A model generated the notes under the pieces. That model saw nothing but the letters and a program-made list of their open reading frames with translations. It did not search any database and was not told where the DNA came from. Below are positions 14,085-26,465 of a stretch of 64,000 nucleotides of DNA, piece after piece. Source of the DNA: Felis catus (lineage: Eukaryota); NCBI RefSeq assembly GCF_018350175.1, contig NC_058368.1:15626001-15690000 (forward strand), in the 5' to 3' direction. Each line of letters starts with the position of its first letter. Position 1 is the first letter of the stretch. A program made the translations under genes and the position numbers.

Positions 14085-14096
14085 CAAGATGGCGGC
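14085..14096 (+). promoter_or_regulatory. YY1-type motif at the L1 5' end (internal promoter)
   Basis: CAAGATGGCGGC 10 nt into the element, matching the YY1 site known at L1 5' termini; indicates the element is 5'-complete. Confidence 0.8.
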
Positions 14097-15001
14097 GTAG
14101 GAGGACGCTGGGCTCACCGCGCGTCCTGCTGATCACTTAGATTCCACCTACACCTGCCTAAATAACCCAGAAAACCGCCAGAGGATTAGCAGAACAGAGT
14201 CGACGGAGCCAAACGCAGACGAGAAGCCCACGGAAGAGGGTAGGAAGGGCGGCGAGGCGGTGCGCGCTCCAGGGACTGGCGGGAGGGAGCCGGGGCCGAG
14301 GGGCGGCTCACGGCCAAGCAGAGCCCCCGAGTCTGGCTGGCAAAAGTGGAGGGGCCGGGCGGACTGTGCTCCGACAGCAAGCGCGACTTAGCGTCTGGGA
14401 GGACATAAGTTAGCAGCTCTGCTGGGAAAGCGGGAAGGCTGGAGGACAAAGGGAGGGAGAGCTGCTGAGCCCCTGGACGACAAAGCTCAGTTTGGCGGGG
14501 AACAAAGGCGCTCTCCAGCGCCATCTCCCCCGCCCATCCCCAGCCAGAATCCCAAAGGGAACCAGTTCCTGCCAGGGAACTTGCTCCCTCGGCACAAACA
14601 CCCAACTCTGTGCTTCTGCGGAGCCAAACCTCAGGCAGCAGATCTGACTCCCTCCCGCTGCCACAGGGCCCCTCCTGAAGTGGAGCACCTAAGGAGAAGC
14701 GAGCTAAGCCTGCCTCTCCTGCCCCCGTGCACCTTGCCTACCCACCCCAGCTAATACGCCAGATCCCCAGCATCACAAGCCTGGCAGTGTGCAAGTAGCC
14801 CAGACGGGCCACGCCACCCCACAGTGAATCCCGCCCCTAGGAGAGGAGAAGAGAAGGCACACACCAGTCTGACTGTGGCCCCAGCGGTGGGCTGGGGGCA
14901 GACATCAGGTCTGACTCCGGCTCCGCCCACCAACTCCAGTTATACACCACAGCACAGGGGAAGTGCCCTGCAGGTCCACACCACTCCAGGGACTATCCAA
15001 A

Positions 15002-15892
15002 ATGACCAAACGTTAGAATTCCCCTCAGAAGAATCTCCAGGAAATAACATGAGCTAATGAACTGATCAAAAAGGATTTAAATAATATAACAGAAAGTGAA
15101 TTTAGAATAATAGTCATAAAATTAATCGCTGGGCTTGAAAACAGTATAGAGGACAGCAGAGAATCTCTTGCTACAGAGATCAAGGGACTAAGGAACAGTC
15201 ACGAGGAGCTGAAAAACGCTTTAAATGAAATGCAAAACAAAATGGAAACCACCACGGCTCGGAATGAAGAGGCAGAGGAGAGAATAGGTGAACTAGAAGA
15301 TAAAGTTATGGAAAAAGAGGAAGCTGAGAAAAAGAGAGATAAAAAAATCCAGGAGTATGAGGGGAAAATTAGAGAACTAAGTGATACACTAAAAAGAAAT
15401 AATATACGCATAATTGGTATCCCAGAGGAGGAAGAGAGAGGGAAAGGTGCTGAAGGGGTACTTGAAGAAATCATAGCTGAGAACTTCCCTGAACTGGGGA
15501 AGGAAAAAGGCATTGAAATCCAAGAGGCACAGAGAACTCCCTTCAGACGTAACTTGAATCGATCTGCATGACATATCATAGTCAAACTAGCAAAATACAA
15601 GGATAAAGAGAAAATTCTGAAAGCAGCAAGGGGTAAACGTGCCCTCACATATAAAGGGAGACCTATAAGACTCGTGACTGATCTCTCTTTTGAAACTTGG
15701 CAGGCCAGAAAGAATTGGCACGAGATTTTCAGGGTGCTAGACAGAAAAAATATGCAGCCGAGAATCCTTTATCCAGCAAGTCTGTCATTTAGAATAGAAG
15801 GAGAGATAAAGGTCTTCCCAAACAAACAAAAACTGAAGGAATTTGTCACCACTAAACCAGCCCTACAAGAGATCCTAAGGGGGACCCTGTGA
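15002..15892 (+). pseudogene. L1 ORF1 (RNA-binding protein), disrupted
   Basis: ATG ACC AAA CGT TAG...; single frame through MQNKMETTT...IIGIPEEEE...KPALQEILRGTL with in-frame stops at codon 5, codon 17 and 15569-15571. Confidence 0.93.
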
Positions 15893-15942
15893 GACAAAGT
15901 ACCAGAGGCATCACTACAAGCATAAAACATACAGACATCACA

Positions 15943-18900
15943 ATGACTCTAAACCCGTATCTTTCTATAATAACACTGAATATAAATGGATTAAATGCAC
16001 CAACCAAAAGACACAGGGTATCAGAATGGATAAAAAAACAAGACCCATCTATTTGCTGTCTACAAGAGACTCATTTTAGACCTGAGGACACCTTTAGATT
16101 GAGAGTGAGGGGATGGAGAACTATTTATCATGCGACTGGAAGCCAAAAGAAAGCTGGAGTAGCCATACTTATATATCAGACAAACTAGACTTTAAATTAA
16201 AGGCTGTAACAAGAGATGAAGAAGGACATTATATAATAGTTACAGGGTCTATCCATCAGGAAGAGCTAACAATTATAAATGTCTATGCGCCAAATACCGG
16301 AGCCCCCAAATATATAAAACAATTACTCACAAACATAAGCAACCTTATTGATAAGAATGTGGTAATTGCAGGGGACTTTAACACCCCACTTACAGAAATG
16401 GATAGATCATCTAGACACATGGTCAATAAAGAAACAAGGTCCCTGAATGAGACATTGGATCAGATGGACTTGACAGATATATTTAGAACTCTGCATCCCA
16501 AAGCAACAGAATATACTTTCTTCTCCAGTGCACATGGAACATTCTCCAAGATAGATCATATACTGGGTCACAAAACAGCCCTTCATAAGTTTACAAGAAT
16601 TGAAATTATACCATGCATACTTTCAGACCACAATGCTATGAAGCTTGAAATCAACCACAGAAAAAAGTCTGGAAAACCTCCAAAAGCATGGAGGTTAAAG
16701 AACACCCTACTAACGAATGAGTGGGTCAACCAGGCAATTAGAGAAGAAATTAAAAAATATATGGAAACAAACGAAAATGAAAATACAACAATCCAAATGC
16801 TTTGGGACGCAGCGAAGGCAGTCCTGAGAGGAAAATACATTGCAATCCAGGCCTATTTCAAGAAACAAGAAAAATCCCAAATACAAAATCTAACAGCACA
16901 CCTAAAGGAACTAGAAGCAGAACAGCAAAGGCAGCCTAAACCCAGCAGAAGAAGAGAAATAATAAAGATCAGAGCAGAAATAAACAATATAGAATCTAAA
17001 AAAACTGTAGAGCAGATCAACGAAACCAAGAGTTGGTTTTTTGAAAAAATAAACAAAATTGACAAACCTCTAGCCAGGCTTCTCAAAAAGAAAAGGGAGA
17101 TGACCCAAATAGATAAAACCATGAATGAAAATGGAATTATTACAACCAATCCCTCAGAGATACTAACAATTATCAGGGAATACTATGAAAAATTATATGC
17201 CAACAAATTGGACAACCTGGAAGAAATGGACAAATTCCTGAACACCCACACACTTCCAAAACTCAATCAGGAGGAAATAGAAAGCTTGAACAGACCCATA
17301 ACCAGCAAAGAAATTGAATCGGTTATCAAAAATCTCCCAACAAATAAGAGTCCAGGACCAGATGGCTTCCCAGGGGAGTTCTACCAGACGTTTAAAGCAG
17401 AGATAATACCTATCCTTCTCAAGCTATTCCAAGAAATAGAAAGGGAAGGAAAACTTCCAGACTCATTCTATGAAGCCAGTATTACTTTGATTCCTAAACC
17501 AGAGACCCAGTAAAAAAAAGAGAACTACAGGCCAATATCCCTGATGAATATGGATGCAAAAATTCTCAATAAGATACTAGCAAATCGAATTCAACGGCAT
17601 ATAAAAAGAATTATTCACCATGATCAAGTGGGATTCATTCCTGGGATGCAGGGCTGGTTCAACATTCGCAAATCAATCAACGTGACACATCACATTAACA
17701 AAAAAAAAGAGAAGAACCATATGATCCTGTCAATCGATGCAGAAAAGGCCTTTGACAAAATCTAGCACCCTTTCTTAATAAAAACGCTTGAGAAAGTCGG
17801 GATAGAAGGAACATACTTAAAGATCATAAAAGCCATTTATGAAAAGCCCACAGCTAACATCATCCTCAACGGGGAAACACTGAGAGCTTTTTCCCTGAGA
17901 TCAGGAACACGACAGGGATGCCCACTCTCACCGCTGTTGTTTAATATAGTGCTGGAAGTTCTAGCATCAGCAATCAGACAACAAAAGGAAATCAAAGGCA
18001 TCAAATTGGCAAAGATGAAGTCAAGCTTTCGCTTTTTGCAGATGACATGATATTATACATGGAAAATCCGATAGACTCCACCAAAAGTCTGCTAGAACTG
18101 ATACAGGAATTCAGCAAAGTTGCAGGATACAAAATCAATGTACAGAAATCAGTTGCATTCTTATACACTAACAATGAAGCAACAGAAAGACAAATAAAGA
18201 AACTGATCCCATTCACAATTGCACCAAGAAGCATAAAATACCTAGGAATAAATCTAACCAAAGATGTAAAGGATCTGTATGCTGAAAACTATAGAAAGCT
18301 TATGAAGGTAATTGAAGAAGATTTAAAGAAATGGAAAGACATTCCCTGCTCATGGATTGGAAAAATAAATATTGTCAAAAGGTCAATACTACCCAAAGCT
18401 ATCTACACATTCAATGCAATCCCAATCAAAATTGCACCAGCATTCTTCTCGAAACTAGAACAAGCAATCCTAAAATTCATATGGAACCACAAAAGGCCCC
18501 GAATAGCCAAAGGAATTTTGAAGAAGAAGACCAAAGCAGGAGGCATCACAATCCCAGACTTTAGCCTCTACTACAAAGCTGTCATCATCAAGACAGCATG
18601 GTATTGGCACAAAAACAGACACATAGACCAATGGAATAGAATAGAAACTCCAGAACTAGACCCACAAACGTATGGCCAACTCATCTTTGACAAAGCAGGA
18701 AAGAACATCCAATGGAAAAAAGACAGCCTCTTTAACAAATGGTGCTGGGAGAACTGGGCAGCAACATGCAGAAGGTTGAAACTAGACCACTTTCTCACAC
18801 CATTCACAAAAATAAACTCAAAATGGATAAAGGACCTAAATGTGAGACAGGAAACCATCAAAACCTTAGAGGAGAAAGCAGGAAAAGACCTCTCTGACCT

Positions 18901-19765
18901 CAGCCATAGCAATCTCTTACTCGACACATCCCCAAAGGCAAGGGAATTAAAAGCAAAAGTGAATTACTGGGACCTTATGAAGATAAAAAGCTTCTGCACA
19001 GCAAAGGAAACAACCAACAAAACTAAAAGGCAACCAACGGAATGGGAAAAGATATTCGCAAATGACATATCGGACAAAGGGCTAGTATCCAAAATCTATA
19101 AAGAGCTCACCAAACTCCACACCCGAAAAACAAATAACCCAGTGAAGAAATGGGCAGAAAACATGAATAGACACTTCTCTAAAGAAGACATCCGGATGGC
19201 CAACAGGCACATGAAAGGATGTTCAGCGTCGCTCCTTATCAGGGAAATACAAATCAAAACCACACTCAGGTATCACCTCACGCCAGTCAGAGTGGCCAAA
19301 ATGAACAAATCAGGAGACTCTAGATGCTGGAGAGGATGTGGAGAAACGGGAACCCTCTTGCACTGTTGGTGGGAATGCAAATTGGTGCAGCCGCTCTGGA
19401 AAGCAGTGTGGAGGTTCCTCAGAAAATTAAAAATAGACCTACCCTATGACCCAGCAATAGCACTGCTAGGAATTTATCCAAGGGATACAGGAGTACTGAT
19501 GCATAGGGCCACTTGTACCCCAATGTTCATAGCAGCACTCTCAACAATAGCCAAATTATGGAAAGAGCCTAAATGTCCATCAACTGATGAATAGATAAAG
19601 AAATTGTGGTTTATATACACAATGGAATTCTATGTGGCAATGAGAAAAAATGAAATAGGGCCTTTTGTAGCAACATGGATGGAACTGGAGAGTGTGATGC
19701 TAAGTGAAATAAGCCATACAGAGAAAGACAGATACCATATGGTTTCACTCTTATGTGGATCCTGA
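15943..19765 (+). pseudogene. L1 ORF2 (endonuclease/reverse transcriptase), disrupted
   Basis: MTLNPYLSIITLNINGLN, CCLQETH, GDFNTPL, SDHNA (EN); LFADDM near 18032-18049 (RT). Frameshifts near 16170, 17503 and 18003; stops at 17763-17765 and 19592-19594; natural end ...VSLLCGS-TGA at 19765. Confidence 0.95.
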
Positions 19766-20011
19766 GAAACTTAACAGGAACCCATGGGGGAGGGGAAGGA
19801 AAAAAAAAAAAAAAAAGAGGTTAGAGTGCGAGAGAGCCAAAGCATAAGAGACTGTTAAAAACTGAGAACAAACTGAGGGTTGATGGGGGGTGGGAGGGAG
19901 GAGAGGGTGGGTGATGGGTATTGAGGAGGGCACCTTTTGGGATGAGCACTGGGTGTTGTATGGAAACCAATTTGTCAATAAATTTCATATAAAAAAAAAT
20001 TAAAAATAGAT

Positions 20012-20632
20012 CTACCCTATGACCCAGCAATAGCACTACTAGGAATTTATCCAAAGGATACAGGAGTGCTGATTCATAGGGGCACTTGTACCCCCAATGT
20101 TTTAGCAGCACTTTCAACAATAGCCAAATTATGGAAAGAGCCCAAATATCCATCGACTGACGAATGGGTAAAGAAGATGTGGTTTATATATACAATGGAA
20201 TACTATTTGACAATGAGAAAGAATGAAATCCTGCCATTTGCAGCAATGTGGATGGAACTGGAGGGTATTATGCTAAGTGAAATAAGTCAGTCAGAGAAAG
20301 ACATATGTTTTCATATCATATGTTTTCACTCATATATGAAACTTGAGAAACTTAACAGAAGACCATGGGGGAAGGGAAGGGGAAAAAATAGTTACAGAGA
20401 GTGAGGGACACAAACCATAAGACACAGTTAAATACAGAGAACAAACTGAGGGTTGATGTGGGGTGCTGTGGAGAGGGGAAAATGGGTGATGGGCATTGAG
20501 GAGGGCACCTGCTGGGATGAGCACTGGATGTTGCATGGAAGTGATGAATCACAGGAATCTATTCCCCAAGCCAAGAGCACATTTTATACACTGTATGTTA
20601 GCCAACTTGACAATAAATTATATTAAAAAAAA
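20012..20632 (+). mobile_element. 3' part of the older truncated L1
   Basis: ORF2 C-terminus ([24 protein letters not shown]..), 3'UTR with an extra segment absent from the inner L1, AATAAA 20612-20617, A-tail, TSD agagccaagag at 20635-20645. Confidence 0.92.
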
Positions 20633-21399
20633 CTAGAGCCAAGAGCAACGGTGCCAGGCTTTATGGTCAGCCTGCAGAGGCGTGAGACAGACAGGCCTCA
20701 GTGCACGCAGAGCCCACACACCAGAGCCACTCCTGACACCTGAGAGAATGTGCACTCGACCTTCCTGTAAGTACAGAACAACTTCTGCATCAACCAGACA
20801 CCCTAAGGTGAGTCCAAATCAAAGATCGCCTCTAGGCTCACAACTAAATACACAGACCTAGAAATGGTCTGGTCTCTAGTCACGTCAGAAACACCGGCAA
20901 ATCATTTTCTCTTCCACAAGGGAAGGAGCCAGACCTTATGTTCCACCCCTTACTGCTGAACACAGTGTTTTGCACAAAACAGATGCTCACTGCAGACCAG
21001 TGACTGGATCTGAAAACTGTGAAGAGAGAACGGAGGGTGTTCTTGATGATTCAAGGGTTGGTTAAAAAGCCTGTTTCTCCTCTCTCTCTTTTTTGGCTCA
21101 CTTTTTGGCAATTTCCCACTTATTACCATTCATAGGAAAGATAGTAAAAATAAAGAAAAAATAAATTTGTGTATTTTTTCTCTAGATGTTATATACCAGT
21201 AAAATGTTATTTTTTAAAAATGAAGAGAGATCACAAATTACTCTTATGGGGAACAGTGATTATCTGTAGGTTAAAAAAACTTGGATTTCAACACAACCAT
21301 GCTGCCTGATCACACTTTACATTCGAGACCACAAGCCTCAAGTGCCCCTGTGATGCCACCTGGCAATCAAATGACACTCCCCCAGTCCCTGTGCTCTCC

Positions 21400-23350
21400 C
21401 ACTACCTCCCACACCCCAAATGACTGCTCACTCTTGTCCTTTTTCCTACAACCTCTAATACCTACTCCCCCGTCTACTTGAGAATGACTATCTTCTTTCT
21501 TATTTTAACCAGAATGAAGCAATCAGAAGGGTTTCCACAGCACTTGCACGAACATACTCAGCCTTTCTACCTCTCACCACAGATTATCTGTGTTTCCAAA
21601 TAAGCCAGTCCATCCAGTTGTGCAGAAGACTCAAATACCTTCCCAAAGACATCATTCCAGGAAATCTCCCCATTCTCTCGTATTATATTTTGTTTTCTGC
21701 TGGATCATTCCTATCAACATAGGAATATGATGAAATATCTCCCATCTTCAACATACTTCTCTTGGCCCTAACCACTCCCACCACTTACTGCCCTATACCT
21801 TTGACCCCTTTCTTTCTAGCTGTCCAAACTGGCTGTATCAGTTCCTGTCCTTCCATTCTGATCAGCATTTCAACCCCAGCCTTCAACAAAACTGTTCCTG
21901 TTAAGATTTAAAAAAAAGATGGGGCACCTGGTTGGCTCAGTCAGTTAAGCGTCTGACTCTCGATTGTGGCTCAGGTCATGATCTCACAGTTGTGGGATCA
22001 AGCCCTGCATCAGGCTCTGTGCTGACAGCTTGGAGCCTCTCTGCCCCTCCCCAGCTCACTCTTTTTCTCTCTCTCAAAATAAATTAATAAACATGAAAAA
22101 AAAGATTAAAAAAACCCTTTACATGCTAAAATTAATGACCAGCTCTCAGTCTTCATGTCACTTGGGCAGCATGTGATTTGGTTTGTCCTCTCTCCTCCTC
22201 AATATACTTTCTTCTTTTGGTTTAAAGAGCACCTTACTTTCTTGGTTTTACTTCTACATTGGTTAATCTTTCTCAGTTTTCTTTGCTGGTTCTTCCTCTT
22301 TTAAGGTGGAAGTGTCCCAGGGCCCTGTCCTAGGAACCCCGATCTTCTCGGTTAAACTCAAACAACTGGCAATTCCACTCGGGCTCATGGACAGATACCG
22401 TGCATATGCTGACAATTCCTACATTGATATCTGCAGCCCAGCCCTCTCTCCCTAAATCCTGACTCATACCTCTAACTGTTCAGCACTTTCACCGGGATGT
22501 GTGTCAGTGCAAAGTTTCTCTCACTAAAACTGAACTCTTAATCTTGTGTCTAAATCTTCTCCGTCCCGGGTGGAGGGATCATCTTTCTAACTCCTCCTTT
22601 CTCAGAACTCACACAGAGACACCTCCATAACTCAGAATCCTTCTCCTTCTTACAACTTCTTCCATAACACTCCTAGTGGGAACGATGGTCATCTCTCAAC
22701 TGAACAGTGCAATGGCCTCTTAGCTGGTCTCTCTGCTTCCATTCTTGCTTACACGATATTTGCAATTCACACGGCAACTACAGTGATCCTTTAAATATAT
22801 AAGTCAGATCACGAAATCCTCTGCTCGAATCCCTTCAGGGGCTCCCCATCTTGTTAGAGTAAAAGGTGAAATCCTTACAGTGGCTTCCAAAGCACTGATC
22901 CGGTTCCCTATCACTGCTCTGATCTCACCCCCCAGCTCCCCACTCACACTCTAGGCACCCTGGCCTCCTGGTTCCTACAAATGTCAGGCCATGCTCTTGC
23001 TGTAGGGTTTGCCCTTCCCTCTGCGTCTACTGTTTCCCCTCCAGATACCCTCATGATTTAACTCCTTTACCTCCTTTAAGTCCCCAAAGAGGCCCACTCT
23101 GCCCACCTTTTCAAAATTTGCAAACTCACCGTACTCCAGTACTCCCAATTCTCCATACCCTGCTCTATGTTTCTCTTTCCATTCAAGTTCTTTATTATAG
23201 CTGTTGTTTATTGCCTGTCTCTCCCTACTGGAATGTTGATTCCATGAGGACAGCGATTTTGAGTAATCACTGATATATCCCAATGCCTAGAATAGTGCCT
23301 GCTGCAGCACAAGGTAGGAGCTCAATAATATCTCACTGACTGACTGGATG
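21400..23350 (+). mobile_element. Degenerate L2 LINE 3' region (interrupted by a SINE)
   Basis: Pyrimidine-rich L2-like tracts ending in ctactggaatgttgattccatgaggacag...cccaatgcctagaatagtgcctg...gtaggagctcaataa. Confidence 0.65.
21921..22102 (+). mobile_element. SINEC
   Basis: ggggcacctggttggctcagtcagttaagcgtc head; A-tail. Confidence 0.88.
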
Positions 23351-23968
23351 AGTCCTAGAATCAGTAAAAATCAGAGCTAAAGATGATCTAGCCCATCACC
23401 CCTCATTGGTAGCTACCAGTGTTTAGTCCTCTTTAATTTCTTATATTTTTTAAATTTTAATAATGTGTTGTATTCAACACAATATATCTGATATTATCAT
23501 ATTAATACATAATCAATATGTAATTACTAACAAAGTATTTTACATTATTTTTATTTGTATTATCTGCCCCCCACAGTTTTATTGACATACAATTTATATA
23601 CACTGTGTTAGTTTTAGGTGTACAACATGATGATTGGACATATGCATATATTGCGAGATGATCACCACAACAAACTTAGTTAACATCCATCACCTCACAT
23701 ACTTACACATTTTTTCCTTACACATTTAAATTTCTTTTAACCTAGTCATCTGTTGTTATATTTGCAATATTACTTAACTGTTTTCTGTGAATTGTATAGC
23801 CTTATGAGATACATCTAGCTGATCTTAGGACAATCAGATTTCTGTGCAAACTTATACTACCGTGAAATAATTACCTCTGATGTACTGGCATTTCATCCTA
23901 ATTTTAAAAACATGGACCCGGAAAAAACAACTAAGAGTAAAATGGACTGTACGTTCATGGCGATTTAA

Positions 23969-23981
23969 TGCCCTCTGCTGG
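23969..23981 (-). promoter_or_regulatory. Candidate CTCF core motif
   Basis: Minus strand CCAGCAGAGGGCA matches the CTCF core CCASYAGRKGGCR; lies in unique intronic sequence. Confidence 0.55.
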
Positions 23982-24274
23982 CTCTAAAGCATCAGAACGT
24001 CTGAAAAGATTTCCAGGTATTTGCTAATTGTTTTACAGTATTAAATGCTTTTAAAACTTAACAGTAAATTTGAATAAAACTGCTTTGTCATCATGAAAGA
24101 AATAATTTTAAAAATCCATTTTTTCCATTGCAAACTATATTCTTGACTGTTGTTTTTTAAAATAATCACTAAAATTACAAATACAATAAAAATAGAGTTA
24201 TAGAAAAATAGGACAACTATTTTTCCTGGTAATTTTAAAGGATTAATAAATCTTACTTTGAAAACACCTGAAAT

Positions 24275-24463
24275 GGGACACCTGGGTGGCCCAGTAGGTC
24301 AAGTGTCCCACTCTTGATTTCGGCTCAGGTCATGATCTCACAGTTTGTGGGTTCAAGCACCGAGTCGGGCTCTCCTCTGACAGTGAGGATCCTGCTTGGG
24401 ATTCTCTCTCTCCCTCTCTTCCTGCCCCTCCCTCTCTCTCAAAATAAATAAACATTTAAAAAA
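24275..24463 (+). mobile_element. SINEC
   Basis: gggacacctgggtggcccagtagg head; CT tract; aataaa. Confidence 0.88.
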
Positions 24464-25059
24464 CAAACCAAAAAAACCTGGAAAAAACCATACTGATTTC
24501 TTGGATGGGTATGCAACAATGTGAAAACTATGTCACATATACCCAGTTAGTGTGATAAACACACTCATATTTTGAAATATTAGAATTATTCACCAGTACT
24601 CTGCACAAGATGAAACAGCAGGTGGTGACACTCTGGTGACACTGGAGTGTTTGGCATCAGGGTGCAAACCCAGCTGTGTTTCCTTCCCACGAAGTAACTT
24701 CCTCAGTTCTCCAACCTTCACAACAACATGAGTAAGACCTAATTCAAGAAACATTCAACGAATACTCATACACAGAACATCTACTTCTCTCTGAGTTAAT
24801 CATTCCCGCCATAATATTTCTATCCCAATTTGTTTATGCTTTTATAATAGCAACTTATTGTACACTAGCTTGTATTAGAACCAGTACGGCCTATTTTGTA
24901 GCTTAGTTATAAATATTATCTCCTCTGTTGGCCTAAGAGTTAGTTTACTTAATTCAGATAAATTCAACATTTATTGAGAGACAATAGTGCGCAGCAATTT
25001 GAAAGATGAAAAAAAAATCAGATAACTACCTTAACTTGTCCTTCTTTCAAAACTATCAT

Positions 25060-25277
25060 TTTTAAATGTTTATTTATTTACTTTTTTTTTACTTTTTGAG
25101 AGACAGAGAGCACAAGCAGGGTAGGGAGAGATAGAGAGGGAGACACAGAATCCAAAGCAGGCTCCAGGCCCTGAGCTGTCAGCACAGAGCCCAACGCGGG
25201 GCTCAAACCCACGAATGATGAGATCATGACCTGAGCCAAAGTGGGACGCTCAACCAACTGAGCCACCCAGCGCCCCC
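25060..25277 (-). mobile_element. SINEC
   Basis: ctgagccacccagcgcccc head on reverse strand; TSD caaaacta. Confidence 0.9.
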
Positions 25278-25476
25278 AAAACTAACATGTCTAAGAATTT
25301 TCTTGTAACTGCTAAACAAGAGAGTTGATACTCATAGAGGAGCTCTTCCTAAAAACTGGACAGAGTTCCAAAAAACGCCCCAAAAAACCCTGTTGTCTAC
25401 TTGAACTGGCTGGAGAGCTACCCACATCACCCAAAGGATGCATTTTGGCTTGTTTTATTTAGTTTTTCACTTTCTA

Positions 25477-25785
<309 letters not shown>

Positions 25786-26044
25786 TCAAGCAGCAGTACC
25801 AGTAGTTTAGGATTAACACCATCCCCTTCTCATTGCAACGTCAAGGTGTGTGACGGTCTGTTGCGAAATTAATTTTAATATCACCACAACCACAGTATGA
25901 AGCGTGACCTCCATGCTTGTGGCTTTTTTCCCACAAGTCCATTTAAAAGTGGATGGCAACCCATGTTTACAATGATTGTGGAGACTCTCCTGTACTCCTC
26001 CGTCTGTCACTCTCGATCTCGTGCTCATGCTTATCCACTCTATT

Positions 26045-26465
26045 ATTTTTTATTTATTTTTTAATGTTTACTCATTTTTGGGAGAGAGAGAGAGACAGAG
26101 CACGAGCAGGGGAGGGGCAGAGACAGAGGGAGACACAGAAACTGAACTAGGATCCAGGCTCTAAGCTGTCAGCACAGAGGCCGAGGTGGGGCTCAAAACC
26201 ACAAACCGTGAGATCATGACCTGAGCCCAAGTTGAACGTTTACACCCAGGCGCCCCATTATTCATTCTAAAAGTAAGCTCTCAGGGTGCTGGGTGGCTCA
26301 GTCGGTTGAACATCCGACTTTGCCTCAGGTTTGTGAGTTCAAGCCCCGCGTTGGGCTCTGTGCTGACAGCTCAGAGCCTAGAACCTGCTTCAGATTCTGT
26401 GTCTCCCTCTCTCTCTGCCCTTCTCCCTGCTCTCTCTTTCTCTCTCAAAAATAAAAATAAACATT
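26045..26465. mobile_element. Two SINEC copies head-to-head (26045-26256 minus; 26284-26465 plus)
   Basis: caggcgcccc ends at 26256; gggtgctgggtggctcag starts at 26284. Confidence 0.9.

Larger units (their letters stand above)
14076..19993 (+). mobile_element. Full-length (~5.9 kb) young carnivore/felid LINE-1, inactivated; antisense to SMAD9
   Basis: CpG-rich 5'UTR, ORF1, ORF2 (EN, RT, C-terminal CCHC-type region), G-rich 3'UTR, AATAAA 19977-19982, short A-tail; 18-bp TSD aaaaaattaaaaatagat at 14058-14075 and 19994-20011. Confidence 0.97.

Noticed and set aside
14186..14688. Antisense ORFs (139 and 92 aa) in the L1 5'UTR as an ORF0 analogue
   Set aside because: They begin at non-ATG codons in GC-rich, stop-poor sequence and have no recognisable similarity. 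Not supportable.
19330..20632. Apparent tandem duplication or mis-assembly of the L1 3' end
   Set aside because: The two 3' ends differ at many positions, the outer has an extra 3'UTR segment, and each element has its own TSD. Nesting explains it better.
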